DNA of 64,000 nucleotides, taken from Selaginella moellendorffii (taxonomy: Eukaryota; Plantae; Lycopodiophyta). Location: positions 1,082,768-1,146,767 of the forward strand of contig NW_003314291.1 of assembly GCF_000143415.4 (NCBI RefSeq). Direction: 5' to 3'. The notes below the pieces were generated by a model, which searched no databases, was not told the DNA's origin, and saw only the letters and a program-made list of their open reading frames with translations. Within the stretch, counting starts at the first letter, position 1. Each line of letters begins with the position of its first letter. Made by a program: the position numbers and the translations under genes. Of the stretch, positions 10,898 to 23,383 are shown one piece after another.

Positions 10898-13800
10898 ACT
10901 CCACCACCCATAGAAGAAGTTCGATGCCCACATCGAACGTCTCTTTTTTATCCTACGACTTGTTGACCATGTCTCCGGGGGCATCCCTTCACTTAGCGGT
11001 GTGCCTAAGTTAGCCTCCCCGGCCAAGAGCCCATGACAACGGAATATAGGTGTCCCTATACTCCTCACCTCACCACGCCTTAGTATAGGGTCGGGACTTG
11101 AACCCAGCCTTGCTTTACTAGGGGGTTGGGACTCGAACCCAACCTCCGTAGAATACGTCTACGGATTTGACATCCCCACAGGGAGTCGAGCGTACCTCCC
11201 TACGCCTGGTTGACCTAGCTAACCCATGTTAATTAACTTACTTTCTTGGCGCCTTTGGGTCTCAACATATGCCACTTGCTCAACTTTGCAAATTGATATT
11301 TTTAATTGAACTTTGCATAAGTACATAGAGTTCTGCCTTGCAGAAATTCCTCCACTAGATCTCCCGCGAACCACTTGTTCCACTCGAACCACTTTCCGTT
11401 TGTCTGTCTGTCAAGAAGTGTTAGTGTCACCAAACTTGACTTAATACCCCATACCTGTCTGTGGGTGATAGGTGGTGCTGAATTTCAACTTGGTGCGATA
11501 CTGTTCCAGGGAAGTCCTCCAGAACCTACTAGTGAAGATCTTATCTCGATCTGAGATGATCTCTTCCGGCCTTCCCCGCACTCGAACCACTTGTTCGAAG
11601 AACAGCTTTGCCACACCTTCCGCATCCACTTCCGTTGTGGTGGGTATGAAATGTGCCATTTTTGAAAATCGGTCCACCACCACGAATATCGCATCAAACC
11701 CCTCGCTTGGGGGAAGTCCCGTGATGAAGTCCATCATAAGACATTTCCACGGATGATCTGGAATTGGGATGCTTTGCAACAAGCCCCCACTAGCCTTAGT
11801 CACAGCTTTGACCTGCTGACATGTTGGACATGTCTTTACATAGTCTTGGACGTCCTTAGCCATATCTGGCCAATGGTACTTCCTCTTGAGTAAGCCCATT
11901 GTCTTGGGCACTCCGCCGTGTCCCGCAAGAGGTCTGTCATGACACTCTTTTAAGGCTACCTTCCTTAATTCCCTTTCTGGAACATACACCCTCGTTTGCT
12001 TGTAATAGATGAGTCCGTTGCGTTCCGCATAGCCCGTTTTCTCTTCCGTTGGCAGCTCACCTCTCTGGTGAGCTTCTCGCGCCTCTAGATTCCTCAACAA
12101 CACTTCTTGTGCTAGACCATTGTTCTCATATGTTGTCCGCACATCGTCCCAGAAGGTTGCTGTTGTGCTGGATATCGCCAACCTCAAGCTCGCTTTTCGA
12201 CTTAGCGCATCTGCCACGATGTTGCTCTTCCCAGGCTTGTACAGAATCTCGCAATCAAACTCGGCCAAGGCATTGGCCCACCGACCTTGTTTCCCTCTCA
12301 GGTCGGGCTGTGACAAGAAGTGTTTCGTTGCCACATTGTCCGTGTAAACCTTGAAGTGTCTCCCAAGGTAGTGTCGCCACTCCTTGAGCGCCTTGACCAC
12401 CGCAAACAATTCCTTCTCGTGGGCAGGCCACTTCCGTTGAGCCTTGTCCAACTTCTTCGAGAAGAACGCTACTGGATGGTTGTCTTGCTTCAAAACTGCG
12501 CCCAACGCAAAGTCCGAAGCATCCGTGTCTACCTCAAAGTCCTTACCAAAATCTGGTAATGCCAACACCGGAGCCTTCCTCAACTTCCCTTTGAGGTGGA
12601 CGAATGCCGCCTCGCATTCCGCTGTCCAGACCATCTTCCCTTTTCCTGTTTGGTCCGTTAAGGGTAGGGCTACTCTCGAATAGTGTCTGATAAACTTTCG
12701 ATAGTAGCTGCATAGCCCCAAGAACGCCCTCAACTCATGTACATTCGATGGTCACTCCCATTCCTGGATCGCTTGGACCTTCTCCAGGTCCACCTTGAAC
12801 CCGTCCTGGCCCACCACATGCCCGAGAAACTTTACCTCTTGTTGAGCAAAGTCACATTTGCTCTCTTTAGCATACAGTTTGTGTTCCCTTAGTTTCTCAA
12901 ACACCTTCGCCAAGTGTTCGGCATGCTCCTCTAGCGTCTCGCTATAGATCAGGATGTCGTCGATATAGACGACCACGAAGTGATCCAGATAGGGTACAAA
13001 GATGTGGTTCATTAGCGCCGAAAACGTGGCCGGCGCATTGCATAGCCCAAAGGGCATCACCAGAAATTCAAAGCTCTCATACCTCGTTCGACAGGTTGTC
13101 TTCTCGACATCTTCCTCGGCTACCCTGATCTGGTAGTATCCTGACCTTAGGTCAATCCTCGAGAAGTATTTTGCCTTTCCCAACCTATTGAACAGGTCCT
13201 CAATCCTTGGCAAAGGGTACTTGTTCTTCTTTGTATACTTGTTGAGCAACCGGTAGTCTATGTACATGTGCATAGATCCATCTTTCATTTTCACAAATAA
13301 CACAGGCGCCCCATACGGCAACTTGCTCAACCTAACATACCCTTTGTCCACCAACTCCTCTAGTTGGCACTTGAGCTCCTTGAGTTCTTTTTCGTTCAAA
13401 CGATAGGGGGGATGAACCACCGCCTCAGCACCCTCGACCAGCTCAATCTTATGTTCTATCGGTCATGCGGGGGGCAACCTCGCTGGTAGTTCCTCCGACA
13501 TGGTATCCTGGAATTGGTCCAACACCCGCTGGATCACCTGGCTGCCTTAGTTCCTTTGGTGAGTTGTCCTCTCGTGTACACCAGGTTTAAGCAGGATTCT
13601 TTGGCCTTACTTTGCCCTACCTTTAGATCCTGGGCCTCCACCCTAGATCTTCTTCCTTGGGCATTCGCCAGTACCACAAGGTTCCTACTTTGTCCATGCA
13701 GGGCCACCACGAACCAATTAAACCAATCCATTCCGAAAATCACGTCAAATCCCGCCATGTCCAACACGGTGAAATCCATGTCTACTTTCCATGTCCCTAC

Positions 13801-15582
13801 TTTGACTCTCGCTTGTCGAAGTACCTCATCGGTGCTTTAGCTACCTTGAACAAACTCTATAGTCCTTGGTTCACCTAGCCGCTGCACCGTTAGTCTGGCT
13901 TGCCGGACTATGTCTGCAGCCATAAAATTATCCGAAGCACCTGTGTCAATAAGGATTTTAACAAAGATACCTCCGAGCTTCCCTCGGAGGGCTAGTAGAT
14001 GTCGCGAACGACTCTCTACCAAAGTTGCTCGTGTAATGAGTAACTTTGAGTTAGGGACTGGATCACATACCTCAGTTTGGACTTCACCCGACTTGATGGC
14101 CATATTGGCTCTGGCCTTCTTTGGGTAAGGACATTCCCTCGAATAGTGTCCCGCTTCACCGCAGTTGTAGCATATGTTGTTTCCCATGCTGCTATACGAC
14201 TTGACCTTCTTATCCGTGGGTTTGTCCTTTTTCGCTTGACTCCCCCACGTACTCGCTCGCTAACCACCAGATTTGCCTTTCCGGAACCCCGAGGACTCAT
14301 TCTTAGAGAAACTCTTTTTGAATTTCCCTTTGCTATACGTTCCCCTTGGTTTGGCCCCTTTGCTAAATGTGGATCCCGACCCCATCGTGTTCCCCTTTCG
14401 CAGGTTATCGTTGAAATGCACCTTGATGGCCACATCCAACGCTTCCTTGTAGTTGGTCGGGTTCCACCGCATCACCTCACCGCGAGCCCAGGTTTGCAAA
14501 TCTGATATGAAGGCATGGAACGCATCCATATCCCCCATGTCCATGACCAGTATCCTCTTTGCCATGAACCCATTCACATATTCTTGGATGGTTCCAGTCT
14601 GCTTCAGCCTACTTAGCTCATGTCTCAGATGTAGAGTGGCATTCGAAGGAACGTATGTTGCGCGGATCCTCGCCTTCATCATTTCCCAAGTGGCCACCGG
14701 TCCTTCGTTGGCCTCTGTCATTCTCCACCAAGACTTGGCATTATCTGCCAAGTATGGTTTTGCACATGGGACCTTCTCCGAGCTCGGTAATCACAACGCT
14801 CAGAAGTAGTCCTCCATATCGTAAAACCAATCCTCCACCACCTTATAGTCATTCACTCCCTTTAAGACCGGTGGGGGCTTTGGTTTGTACTTGGGAACTG
14901 CCTGAGGGATTGATTCTACTTTGGTCTGTTCGACCTTGTCTGGTTTTGCCTCAGTCCCTGCCGAAGGGTCCGCACCTTCTGCGCTGCCAGCGTCCGCAGT
15001 CTTTCTCTTTTTCTTCCGCCTCTCGTCACGCTTTAGCTTGCGTACGAGAGTTTCCAGTAGGGCATTGGTCTGTGCCAACTGTCCTTCTAGCACGTCCAAT
15101 CGAGCCTTGGACGACCGAACCTCGCCATCGGACTCCTGTTTGGAAGTTTCCTCACTAGAGTCCTCCTCATGCAAGGATTCCTCATCCATAGCCTTTTGTT
15201 CGACCGGAGGCTCCAGCTCCGGTGGAGGTTCCGTCTCCGCCTGGGTTCGCTTACGCCCTGCCCTTGCCATCTCCCAGCAATCCGCCTCTATCCTTCGCTA
15301 GAACTGAGGAAAAGGCTCCGATACCAAATTGTAAGCCACAAATTTTTCCTTTCCAATTTGCTAGCTTACCTCGTCTATCCGTTCGACACCGCCTTGGCCT
15401 TTGCTAAGTTCCCTCGCCAAGGTTCTCGCCTATGGTACCAACTCCTACTTGGTCCTACTTGCTTTCAGCTACTCACTGCACGAGCAACGGAGCATTAGCC
15501 ATCCATCCACGGATTCCCAATCTCTCCCAATCCCCCTCCCCGGGTTAGATTGGACTTAAGGTTCGGCTACACTCCCCGCAAG
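9760..15582 (-). mobile_element. Ty3/Gypsy chromovirus copy B (defective; integrase C-terminal deletion; 5' LTR 15330-15582 truncated)
   Basis: ORFs 11441-12733, 12752-13420, 13837-14187, 14260-14751 and 14800-15270 are near-identical to copy A. Confidence 0.93.
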
Positions 15583-15783
15583 GAGCCCGGGTAGGTTTTG
15601 AGCTCATGAGCTCATGAGCTGAGCTCATGAGCTGAGCTTACGGCTTCTCAAACACAAGAAAAACATTGGTTTGTCCCGAACCAACATCTTTCCATTCTTC
15701 AAATTTTGATTTAATCTATATTTCCAAGTAAATTCGACTAATAAAATACAAATATAAATATAGATCCGAACACTAAAAGCAAT

Positions 15784-17362
15784 CTAAAAACACTTCTCAA
15801 GCTCCGCAACTGTAAGGCTTGCCTGGTGGATGTGATGGTCGATCTTAGGATCTTGGTTTAGTTCCTGCATAAAAATGTAATAGATGTGCTTGCAGGCTAA
15901 ATATACCTTTCCCCTGTTTTCCCGCTGTGTAAAATCTGGACAGGTACAGGATGGATTTTCGCAGATTTTAACAGTATAGCTCGTACCCTTTGATGACTCA
16001 GTCACAATAATAAACTCCTTAGCCATAGCACTGATGTAGTTTGTCTTTGTGATTGTGCACTTTAGCTCTTTTGCTAGCTTGATCTTCTCTTGTGCACCTT
16101 TTGAAATGGAAGACCTGTATTGTATAGCCTTCCCATTCCTAGCTGGTCGTGTATGCCGGTCTAGTGTTGATATTGGTGGCATAGCAGTACTAACAGCAAC
16201 ATTTGAGGAAGTCTTTAGCTTGAAACTTGCTCTCTCCAGACTTTCAATCTCTTTTTTCAAAAGATTGCAGCTTCGCTCAACTGGCCACTCCTCTGGCACA
16301 GAATCTGGCTTCAAAATAATTGAGCTGTGGATCCGGCTTGTATGAGTAACATCAGTCCCACAACAGTAGATCCAGCTTGACTGGTGGCCCTTCACTCCTA
16401 GATCTCGACAGCCCCAAAAACATGGCACTGCTGAAGAACTTGAACCTGAGCGCACAAAAGCGAGACACTGACCTCGATTCCCAATCATTCCAGAGCAACA
16501 TGCATTGCTCTTGGCACTGACTCTTTGAATTGCCCAGTTGATACGAGAAACTGGCTCGCGAGAAATAACCTTTTCAACCTCTGGCACTGGACTTACTTGT
16601 GTAACAACTGGCACCTCCTCCACTCCATGTTCCTTAGTTCTTTTCCGGTGTCGTGGAACAGAATGGTAGTCAAATTCTGGACGGTGAGAGCTAGAAGGAG
16701 TGATGTTTGACCCATCAAATGTCTGTTGACGCTTCATACGGGCTGTTCTCATGTCCCCAAGTGGCTCATAACTTGATTTCATAGGAGTTCCAGCAACAAC
16801 TTCCTCCACCATCTTGGACATTGACCCTGCTGCTGGTGTTGTCCTTCTACCAACCCGCTCTTGAAGCCTGTCTAAGTTCAGACTTGTACCAGCAAACCTT
16901 GCTTCCTGTGCAGCCAAAGTTTTTGATGATTGCTCAAGAGATCTAGTGAGGTCGGAGAGTGTAGCTTCATAGAGGGACACTTTTCCTTTCCCTGCTTCGG
17001 AAGCTCTCAACCTCCAATGTTTGCTCTCAGAGAGATTAATTGTTGGTGTAAGTGCAATATCATCAAGTGGTTGATCCTACAAAAAATGCAACATTTGAAT
17101 GTGACAAGAAAGAAAATGAGAGAAAGCTTACATGGAGAGTATAATGACCCCACTGAAACATTCGAACTTCCCACCATGCAAGCCAGCATTCCATTTGTGG
17201 AAGGTTTTCAATTGGCACTTTGTCTCCTTCACACCACCATATGCGCATTTCATTTGTCTTTGCCTCGTGCTCCTCTTTAGTTGGTGCATCCATCCATTTC
17301 CGACAAAGCTGTTTGAACTTGTGATGGAAGGTAGACTTGATGCATCGGCAATGTTCATTGAC
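15784..17362 (-). pseudogene. 3' part of a MULE-like transposase with a C-terminal SWIM zinc finger
   Basis: CTCPDF...CKHIYYIF (CxC-xn-CxH SWIM pattern); WLAWW and TINLSES motifs; intron at about 17077-17131. Confidence 0.7.
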
Positions 17363-17804
17363 AAGCTCTATTTCGTTAAAGTGGGAATTGTCATTATCCC
17401 ACTTGTAAAATAAGGTTTCCAAACCTTTATATAGTATATAAATATAACAAAATTCAACTGCATTGAGGCACATGCCATTTTATTTTAAACAAGGAAATGT
17501 CTACTCAATCACTTCTCCTCCCCCTGCCACTGCTTCACCTCTCTCTTCTCCTTGTCATCGTCGTCCAATTTCTTTCCATCCTTTTAATATTGGCTCAGTT
17601 GCTCCGAGTCTAGGTGGAGCCCAAGTCCCCATTCAATCTTTACTTTCCCCTTAGTAATAAAATAACTTCGTAGACTTCCAATAACATGCTGTAACACTTC
17701 TAGTATAATGCAAATCCTCTCAAAGAATTGTCTTTTAATATTAATACAATGGCATGGAACCCCATGCCATAATAAGTTACATTTTTAAATAAATACATGC
17801 CATC

Positions 17805-20800
17805 TCAGACTGTTATTTTTTGCCTCCAACGCCTATACAATAATCTTGGAATTTCATCACTCTCCACACTATCAGGATTTAAACCCAATAGTAATGCCAT
17901 CTCTTCTCTAATACGTCCACGCTCATGTTCAGTGGTCGAAGAACCCATCCGGTTGAGCAGATTATGGAGATGCGGATAGTGCTTAGCTAGACAATATACA
18001 TGCCATAAATGATGACTGGTGTCTGTCCGATCAAATGGCTTCTGATATACCGTTCCATCTGCCATTTGGTTGATTTCTGCAGCCACCTCCTGGACTGGCC
18101 GGTTCTCTATCACCATCGCTTCAAGCCGTTTTGCAAGGTCCCCCAGAACATACGGTTTCTTCTCCCTGGTTTCCATACTGCAAGAGATGGGGTGCACTGC
18201 ATATGTGTGCGTGTTCGCTGCAATTTTAATCGGCGAGTCATCGATGATGAGGATTTCACTTGACCTAGCAGTCCGGTTCATCACTACAGCCTCTGGCTTG
18301 ACGAAGATGGGCTTGCTACCCCTCACATGGACCATAGTCAAGCAATCCTCCTGCGTTAGGAGAAAGTCAAATGGTAATATTACTCGCGTTTGATCGTGCA
18401 TTATCTGTAGCAACGTTAATGCATTGTGGCGCATCATGGATGTCCAAACTCCCAATTGCAAATTGAACCCGGCCCTCTGTTTTAAGTGTCGCATGGTCAT
18501 TATTAGATCCCGCAGTTTCTCCCGTGTGATTAATGTGAATCTGTCTCTTTTGACCAACTTGCGACCGCAGGCTTTGGAGGGTGCAGTGACATTCGAGGAC
18601 GAGCCACGCTCATGGGAGAAAAGGACACCGTTCAGATCAAAAACGATACAGTACTTTCGCCGTGACTCTGAAATGAAATGCGTCAGCATAAAAAATGGTA
18701 CAAGTCAATTTTACCATCTACAATATTAGCGAATGGTGCTCCCGATGGTCGTTCAGAGGGTTTTGGTCGAGGAAACGTGAAGGGCGGAAATACTCTCCTC
18801 TGCAATGTGGGGTCAATCGCATCCGATGGCGTGTGGGCACATGCCATTTCAGCTATAGACTCTGGTACAACTAGCTCAACAGTGGCATGGGGTGGTTCCG
18901 ATGGCGTGTGATCACACGCCATTTCAGCTGGTGCCTCCGTTGGCAAAGTGGACATGACCGAACAGGCAGCAGGGGCGGTGTAGGGAGGTTCCAACGGCGC
19001 ATAGTCAGACGATTGGGCACACGTTGAGTCCGTTGGAAATGAGGATACGACCGGCTCGGCGGCTGGGGCGGCCTCATGCGGGTCCAATGGCGCCTGGTCA
19101 CCGTCAGTTGGATACGTGGACAAGATTGACTCAGTGGTATGGGCAGCATCAAGTGGAGCGTGGTCAGCTTGCTTGGCGTTGATATGGATAGTAGCCTCCA
19201 CCAGCTCTGATGACTCTTGCAGGCAAGTAGAGTCCACTGGCGGATCCATATGCATGTCCAAATATCTCCCTTTGATTGAGATGGTATCCTCCCTACTGGC
19301 TACTAAAAACAAACTCATTAGCACATTGAATCGACTATACTGTATTTACCATCAACTGCTATTGGGCGCATTGCTGATTCTGAAGGATTGGACATACATT
19401 TCGACCCTTGCTTGGCACTATCCTTCCTCGACACTAAAGGCTAGAGTTTGTATCTTAATTCAACTGAATAATCTCTACTTACCATTTCTTCTGCGACCTA
19501 CATGGACAATGTTAGAAATGGTAAAAGGTTAGGAATGGATGTACTATTATTTACTTGATGGTTTGTCTTGTATGACCTTCCTCCGCTGCTCTTTGGCCAC
19601 CTCAGGCTGGCCATCGTCGTCATCATCATCATCGTCGTTATTGTGATCGTCACCATTGTGAGGACCATCCAAGTCCTCTTCGTCCTCCTCTTCTTCGTCC
19701 TCCTCTTCTTTGTCCTCCTCTTCGTCCTTTTGCTCTTCCTGCTCATTATCTTTCTCTGGCTCCTCATCCCCCTCCTGCATTTCTTCCATAGGCTGCTCAG
19801 GCTGGATGGCTTGTTTTTCCAGGACCATCTTGGGAAAATCATCTGGCCGAGTCTCCATCTCAAAATACAAGACATTCATAGCCTGTTTCAGTGCTTGACC
19901 TAGGACCGTATCCTCACCCGACTGTCTTAACATGGTTTCTGCACGTTCTTGCACCCTTCGAAGACGACGAGATGAGAAAAACGTGGCCCTGACTTGAAAA
20001 GCATCCCTCATCCATTGTACCTCTCCATTGAGATTGGGGAAGGGGAGTCCGCCATAGGAATCTGAGTCAGGAGGTGGTGACTGGCTCCTTTCACTCAGCC
20101 CTTGATCTGCAATGAATGGCATGAGCACACACGCCATAACCGCGAGGCATTACCTATCATCTTTTCTTTGCCCTTCTTCCTTTTCGAATCAAACGCCTCT
20201 GATCCCGACGACTGTCCAACGTGCTTTCGCTTTTTATGACCACTGTCAGTTTGAGCTTGGCTGGTGCTTGCCTGTTTTGCCTTTGAAGAAGTGTCTCCTG
20301 CAAGGAATGGCATGAGACCACACGCCATTGCAAATATAATTTGTACCTCCTTTTTTCCTATTGCTTGTCTGTTTGTCCTTCTTCGACGCGCCACCAGTGC
20401 GCTTTTCAGTCCTCGTGTCTGAATATTCACAACGATCTATAATCAAAATGGCGTGAGGCCTCACGTGACCTTACCTTGTGCAGGTTGTGAGCTCGGCCTA
20501 ACATCAGTAGCTGTTAACGCCGTTTCAGCATCTGGGGGTGGCCACGCTCCTGCATATAGAGCTTGTGAGATAACATTTAAACTTAAAGTGCGTACTCACC
20601 AGGTTCGCAGAGAAGATATTGTTTTTCTTTGGCAACTGTAATTATATGCTCCATTGAAGTCACCTCTTCAATGGAGTTTGTCACCACAACACACGGGACA
20701 CCCTTGAGTAGTGCAACTCGAAAGAATAGTCCGCCGCAGTTGTACTCGATAACGCATTTGCCCTTGGTGTCACCCGCTATTGCATTGAAGACCCAGCTGA

Positions 20801-23383
20801 GCATTTCCCATGCTGCACCTGGAGCTTTCTTTGGATTTGAAAGCTCCATAGCCGTCTTCAGTTCCTCAGGCACGGGTAAATTGACCTCCCTCAGATCAAT
20901 TCGATCGGCCTTGTCGAACGAAGCTGGGAAGTCACTCCAGTCCCACTCTGCTGCAGGACCAATAACAAGGGCGAGTGTGAAGATGCGGACATTCGTCGGT
21001 ATCTTCTTCTTAGCCATTATCCCATGGATCTCCCGCATCTCCTTGCCTTTCAACCGAGCCTTCACCTCGTTCAAGGCCTTCCAGAACTTGTGATAGGATT
21101 CGGAGTCGTAGATCATATAGTGGACTGAAGATTCCACCTCCGCAAGTCCCACCATTAAGTCAATGATGGAGCTGACTTCGTCTGCATGAGTGATCTCTTC
21201 GTTTGTGAAGTCCATCACACAAAAGATGTTCTTGACCTGCTCATCTCCGCGGGAAACGATGCTCCTCCACCTTTGATCCTCATCCGAATTCACGTATACC
21301 CGGTAAGGTTCTCGATAGGCCTCTGCTGTGGGGTCGAGCTGTTTCTGAAGTCGGCGGTCGACATCCCTCTTAATGAAATTTGGATACTGATCCAACTTCT
21401 TAGCTTTACTTTTCGTGGCATCCCGCAGCAGATCGATGAACTTGGGGGCCCACTTCACGTACTCGTCGATGTCTTCATTTGACAAGTCCAGCTCTTCCAT
21501 CATCTCTTGCGTGGTGTCGATGCTCACCCTCTCCACGGCCACTTGCTCGAAGATCCAATCCTTCAATAGCGCACGAGCTCTCAGAGTCGTGCACAAGTCC
21601 TCGTATGTCACAATATGGCCGGGAGTCATTTTGGTCTTGTTGAAGACTACCTCACCACATAGAAGAGCATTAGCCACTGTCAGAAGGTCGTCGTCGTCTA
21701 GAGACCGCGAGAAACGCAAGGCGTTGAGCTTCAAATCATTGGGCTTCCGGCCGTCCTCCACACCCATTGAGTTTAGCAACTCCCCGTCATGGTACCTCCT
21801 CAGCACATCTACCCATTTGTCAAAAACAACTTTTGTCGCGAGTAGAATGTTATGGATGTTGAGTGTGTCATTGACCCCCAGTGTTTTCGAGAGAAGACTC
21901 GAGAATTCCTGCAATGGAAATGGCGTGAGGCCACATGCTATGCCACATGCAACGAGGCTTACCTGCCAGGCGCTAGTTGCTAGTGCACGTCCTTGTCCTG
22001 GTTTTTGTGGCTTCTTCAGTTGAACCCAGAGCTTCCGTGTTCGTGCCAATGTCTCGTGCAGACCCGATTTGTAGCACGTTTCTTGCTTGACATTCTGCGT
22101 GTGGGAGATGGATATGATAGATCGGAGGGGCGAGTTGCCTTTTATCAGGCGGACAACTCTTGTCTTGAAGACTTTCTTCACCTCCTCGCCCACCATAATA
22201 TCCAGAACTATCTCTTGCATCGCCAAGCTAGAATGCTGCCCGGAGACGGCATAGAACCGGATGTTCTGATCGTCCAACACCTTCCTATTGATCAAGTTTG
22301 GAAACCTCGTCTCGCCCTTCATTGTTTGGTAGTAGGGGATCACGTCTGCGATGTCGGGTGTTACTGGACTTGCCAGCATCTTCTGCTTCAGTTTCTCCAC
22401 CCACTCATCAGATACTAGCCTGTGGTTGTATTTGCTTTGGATGTCGATACGGCTCACGTCGATTGTATATACTTTGTTGGAATAGTAACAAGTACTATTA
22501 TCTGCGACGATTTTTGCTGCCTCTTCTTGCTCTTTCTGCTCTTTGCGGCTCTTCTTTTAGGTGGGTGTAGTGTTCAAACCCGAGGCAATGGCATCACCGA
22601 GTAGCTTCTTTTTTGGAGTAGCAGAGTCGGACGTCGGCTTGAGCTTGACCACCCTTTTCTGCTTCGGGATAGTTTCCAGATCGACCCCCTTCCCCTTCGC
22701 TTCACGAACTGGAGGCACTCTCAACGGCTCAATGTTGGAATATAGTTTTTGAACATCGCCGTAGGTGAGGTCCGTGGATTCCATGTGATCTTCATAGACC
22801 CGCAGCGTCTTTGAAATTGTGGGCCTTCTGGACAACCTCTCCCTAGCTCCCTCTAGGAATTCCTCATAGCCGCTGCCCCCCTCCGGGAAGCCGCTAGGAT
22901 GTGCAAGGTGGATCTTGAAGGCGGACGCTGTCTCTACCACAAGTGCCAGTCCATATTCTTGCATGGAACTGCATTGAGTGTCTGTCACTTGGATGAGGAT
23001 CCCCATGCATTCTTTTCTCCCACCATCTGTGTTGTACAACATCAGATCCTCGCCTTCCATCCCGAAAGTCCAACTGGTGAGCTCCTCCCCCTTCTCTGCA
23101 TCCACATTGACAGTGGCTGGAAGAAGAATGCAATTCCTCACCTGTTCAGAAATGCACAACAATTAGAGCTGACAGATGAAAAGCTAGCAGCTGGAAATAA
23201 CGTGAGGCCACACGCCATTCACCACTGCATCAGATGTCTTGAGGCTGCATCCTAAGATGGCGTGAAGCTACACGCCATCTGTAACCGGACTGCACTCGAG
23301 AGCCCAATCGGTGCATGCCAATGTTGCTACTGAATGGCATGTGGCCTCATGCCATTTTCTACTTGGCCTAAAAGACTTACCAT
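17805..23383 (-). pseudogene. Cargo gene, copy 1: spliced ParB-like / methyltransferase-like / acidic linker / FCP1-like phosphatase fusion
   Basis: ORFs 22557-23162, 20583-22457, 19547-20137, 18683-19324 and 17805-18689 link through GT-AG introns; premature TAA at 22557-22559 (AAA in copy 2). Confidence 0.7.

Noticed and set aside
17357-17365. 6-bp TSD ATTGAC for copy 1
   Set aside because: The MITE and the perfect 24-bp TIR of copy 2 place the termini at AAG.../...TAT, giving a 4-bp TSD TGAC
20583-21300. Active DNA methyltransferase
   Set aside because: No DPPY/SPPY/NPPY motif and a degenerate SAM-binding motif; only a methyltransferase-like fold can be proposed
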